DNA of 64,000 bases from Felis catus (taxonomy: Eukaryota), in NCBI RefSeq assembly GCF_018350175.1, contig NC_058368.1, positions 26,166,001 through 26,230,000 on the forward strand. Reading direction: 5' to 3'. Below, piece by piece: positions 62,652 to 64,000 of this stretch; position 1 is the stretch's first letter, and the number at the start of each line of letters is the position of its first letter. The notes under the pieces were generated by a model, which was not told the DNA's origin, searched no databases, and was given only the letters and a program-made list of their open reading frames with translations. The translations under genes and the position numbers were made by a program.

Positions 62652-64000
62652 ATGCACCAGCCGCCTGAGTCCACCGCCGCGGCGGCCGCGGCCGCTGCAG
62701 ACATTAGTGCTAGGAAGATGGCGCACCCGGCAATGTTCCCTAGAAGGGGCAGCGGTAGTGGCAGCGCCTCTGCTCTCAATGCAGCAGGTACCGGCGTTGG
62801 TAGTAGTGCCACATCTTCCGAGGATTTTCCGCCTCCGTCGCTGCTCCAGCCGCCACCTCCTGCAGCATCTTCTACGTCGGGACCACAGCCTCCGCCTCCA
62901 CAAAGCCTGAACCTCCTCTCTCAGGCTCAGCTGCAGGCACAGCCTCTTGCGCCAGGCGGAACTCAAATGAAAAAGAAAAGTGGCTTCCAGATAACTAGCG
63001 TTACCCCGGCGCAGATCTCCGCCAGCATCAGCTCTAACAACAGTATCGCAGAGGACACCGAGAGCTATGATGACCTGGATGAGTCTCACACGGAAGATCT
63101 GTCTTCTTCCGAGATCCTTGATGTGTCACTTTCCAGGGCTACTGACTTAGGGGAGCCTGAACGCAGCTCCTCAGAAGAGACTCTGAATAACTTCCAGGAA
63201 GCTGAGACACCTGGGGCAGTCTCTCCCAACCAGCCCCACCTTCCGCAGCCTCATTTGCCTCACCTTCCACAACAGAACGTTGTGATCAATGGGAATGCTC
63301 ATCCACACCACCTCCATCACCACCATCACATCCATCATGGGCACCACCTACACCATGGGCACCACCATCCATCCCATGCTGGTGTGGCCAGTACATCCAT
63401 TCCTGGAGGGCCACCCTCCAGTCCAGTATCCAGAAAACTCTCTGCAGCTGGAAGCTCTGACAGTGTTCTAGCAGCGGCCCCAACTTCTGCTGTATCATCG
63501 GGTGGCTCACCTGCATCTGTAATGACTAATATCCGTGCTCCAAGTACTACTGGCAGTATAGGTATAAGTTCTGTTACTGGCACTAATACAATGAGTAATG
63601 TCACCATTACTGCCGTGGGTAGTTTTAATCCTAGTGTGACAAGCAGCATACTTGGTAATGCTAATATAAATGCAAGCAATATTCCTAGTGCTGCTACTGT
63701 GAGTGTTGGGCCTGGAGTTAGCAGCAGTGTTAATGTGAATATCTTGAGTGGCATGGGCAATGGTACTATATCTTCCTCCGCTGTTGTTAACAGTGCCCCC
63801 AGTGCAGCTGCAGGGATGACTGCGGGGTCCCTTTCGGGTCAGCAGCAGCCACCAACAGTTAACACGTCAAGGTTCAGAGTTGTGAAGTTAGATTCTAGTT
63901 CTGAGCCCTTTAAAAAAGGCAGATGGACTTGCACCGAGTTCTATGAAAAAGAAAATGCTGTACCTGCTGCAGAAGGTGTGGCGATAAATAAAGTGGTGGA
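62652..64000 (+). CDS. TSC22D1: TSC22 domain family member 1, long isoform, 5' part of large first coding exon (open at window end)
   Basis: Manual translation from ATG 62652 gives [37 protein letters not shown]...[16 protein letters not shown]...[26 protein letters not shown]...[10 protein letters not shown]...[30 protein letters not shown], with no stop to 64000; matches the mammalian TSC22D1 N-terminus as I recall it. Confidence 0.97.
   Translation, partial: MHQPPESTAAAAAAAADISARKMAHPAMFPRRGSGSGSASALNAAGTGVGSSATSSEDFPPPSLLQPPPPAASSTSGPQPPPPQSLNLLSQAQLQAQPLAPGGTQMKKKSGFQITSVTPAQISASISSNNSIAEDTESYDDLDESHTEDLSSSEILDVSLSRATDLGEPERSSSEETLNNFQEAETPGAVSPNQPHLPQPHLPHLPQQNVVINGNAHPHHLHHHHHIHHGHHLHHGHHHPSHAGVASTSIPGGPPSSPVSRKLSAAGSSDSVLAAAPTSAVSSGGSPASVMTNIRAPSTTGSIGISSVTGTNTMSNVTITAVGSFNPSVTSSILGNANINASNIPSAATVSVGPGVSSSVNVNILSGMGNGTISSSAVVNSAPSAAAGMTAGSLSGQQQPPTVNTSRFRVVKLDSSSEPFKKGRWTCTEFYEKENAVPAAEGVAINKVV

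Larger units (their letters stand above)
60490..63060. promoter_or_regulatory. CpG island / TSC22D1 promoter and 5' region, probably bidirectional
   Basis: Abrupt switch to very high GC with dense CpG and no interspersed repeats, ending inside the CDS. Confidence 0.93.

Noticed and set aside
62584..62910. Out-of-frame overlapping ORF over the TSC22D1 start
   Set aside because: TTG start, alternate-frame shadow of the CDS, no supporting signal
63335..63760. 141-aa hydrophobic antisense ORF
   Set aside because: Antisense shadow of the Ser/Asn/Val-rich CDS codons

Overview
Mammalian, almost certainly felid, genomic DNA; the species call is inferred from carnivore tRNA-derived SINEs of the cat SINEC_Fc type and cat-type L1 3' ends. 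The first ~60 kb is gene-free intergenic sequence. It holds about 45 CAN-SINE copies or fragments, several 5'-truncated L1s of different ages, solo LTRs (MaLR/MLT, ERV1- and ERVL-like), MIR/L2 relics and microsatellites. From ~60.5 kb there is a CpG island promoter, followed by the first ~449 codons of TSC22D1 (long isoform, + strand, ATG at 62652, running off the window end and therefore absent from the ORF track). Nearly all ORFs in the track are repeat-derived or GC-composition artefacts. I found no convincing novel multi-gene system. The most notable items are: a long antisense open frame across the promoter; a twin-primed inverted L1; a probable L1-mediated retrocopy of an LTR transcript end; several unusual SINE architectures; and a tandem hairpin pair just upstream of the island. 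Repeat subfamily names come from recognition, not a database search, and boundaries of old repeats are approximate.
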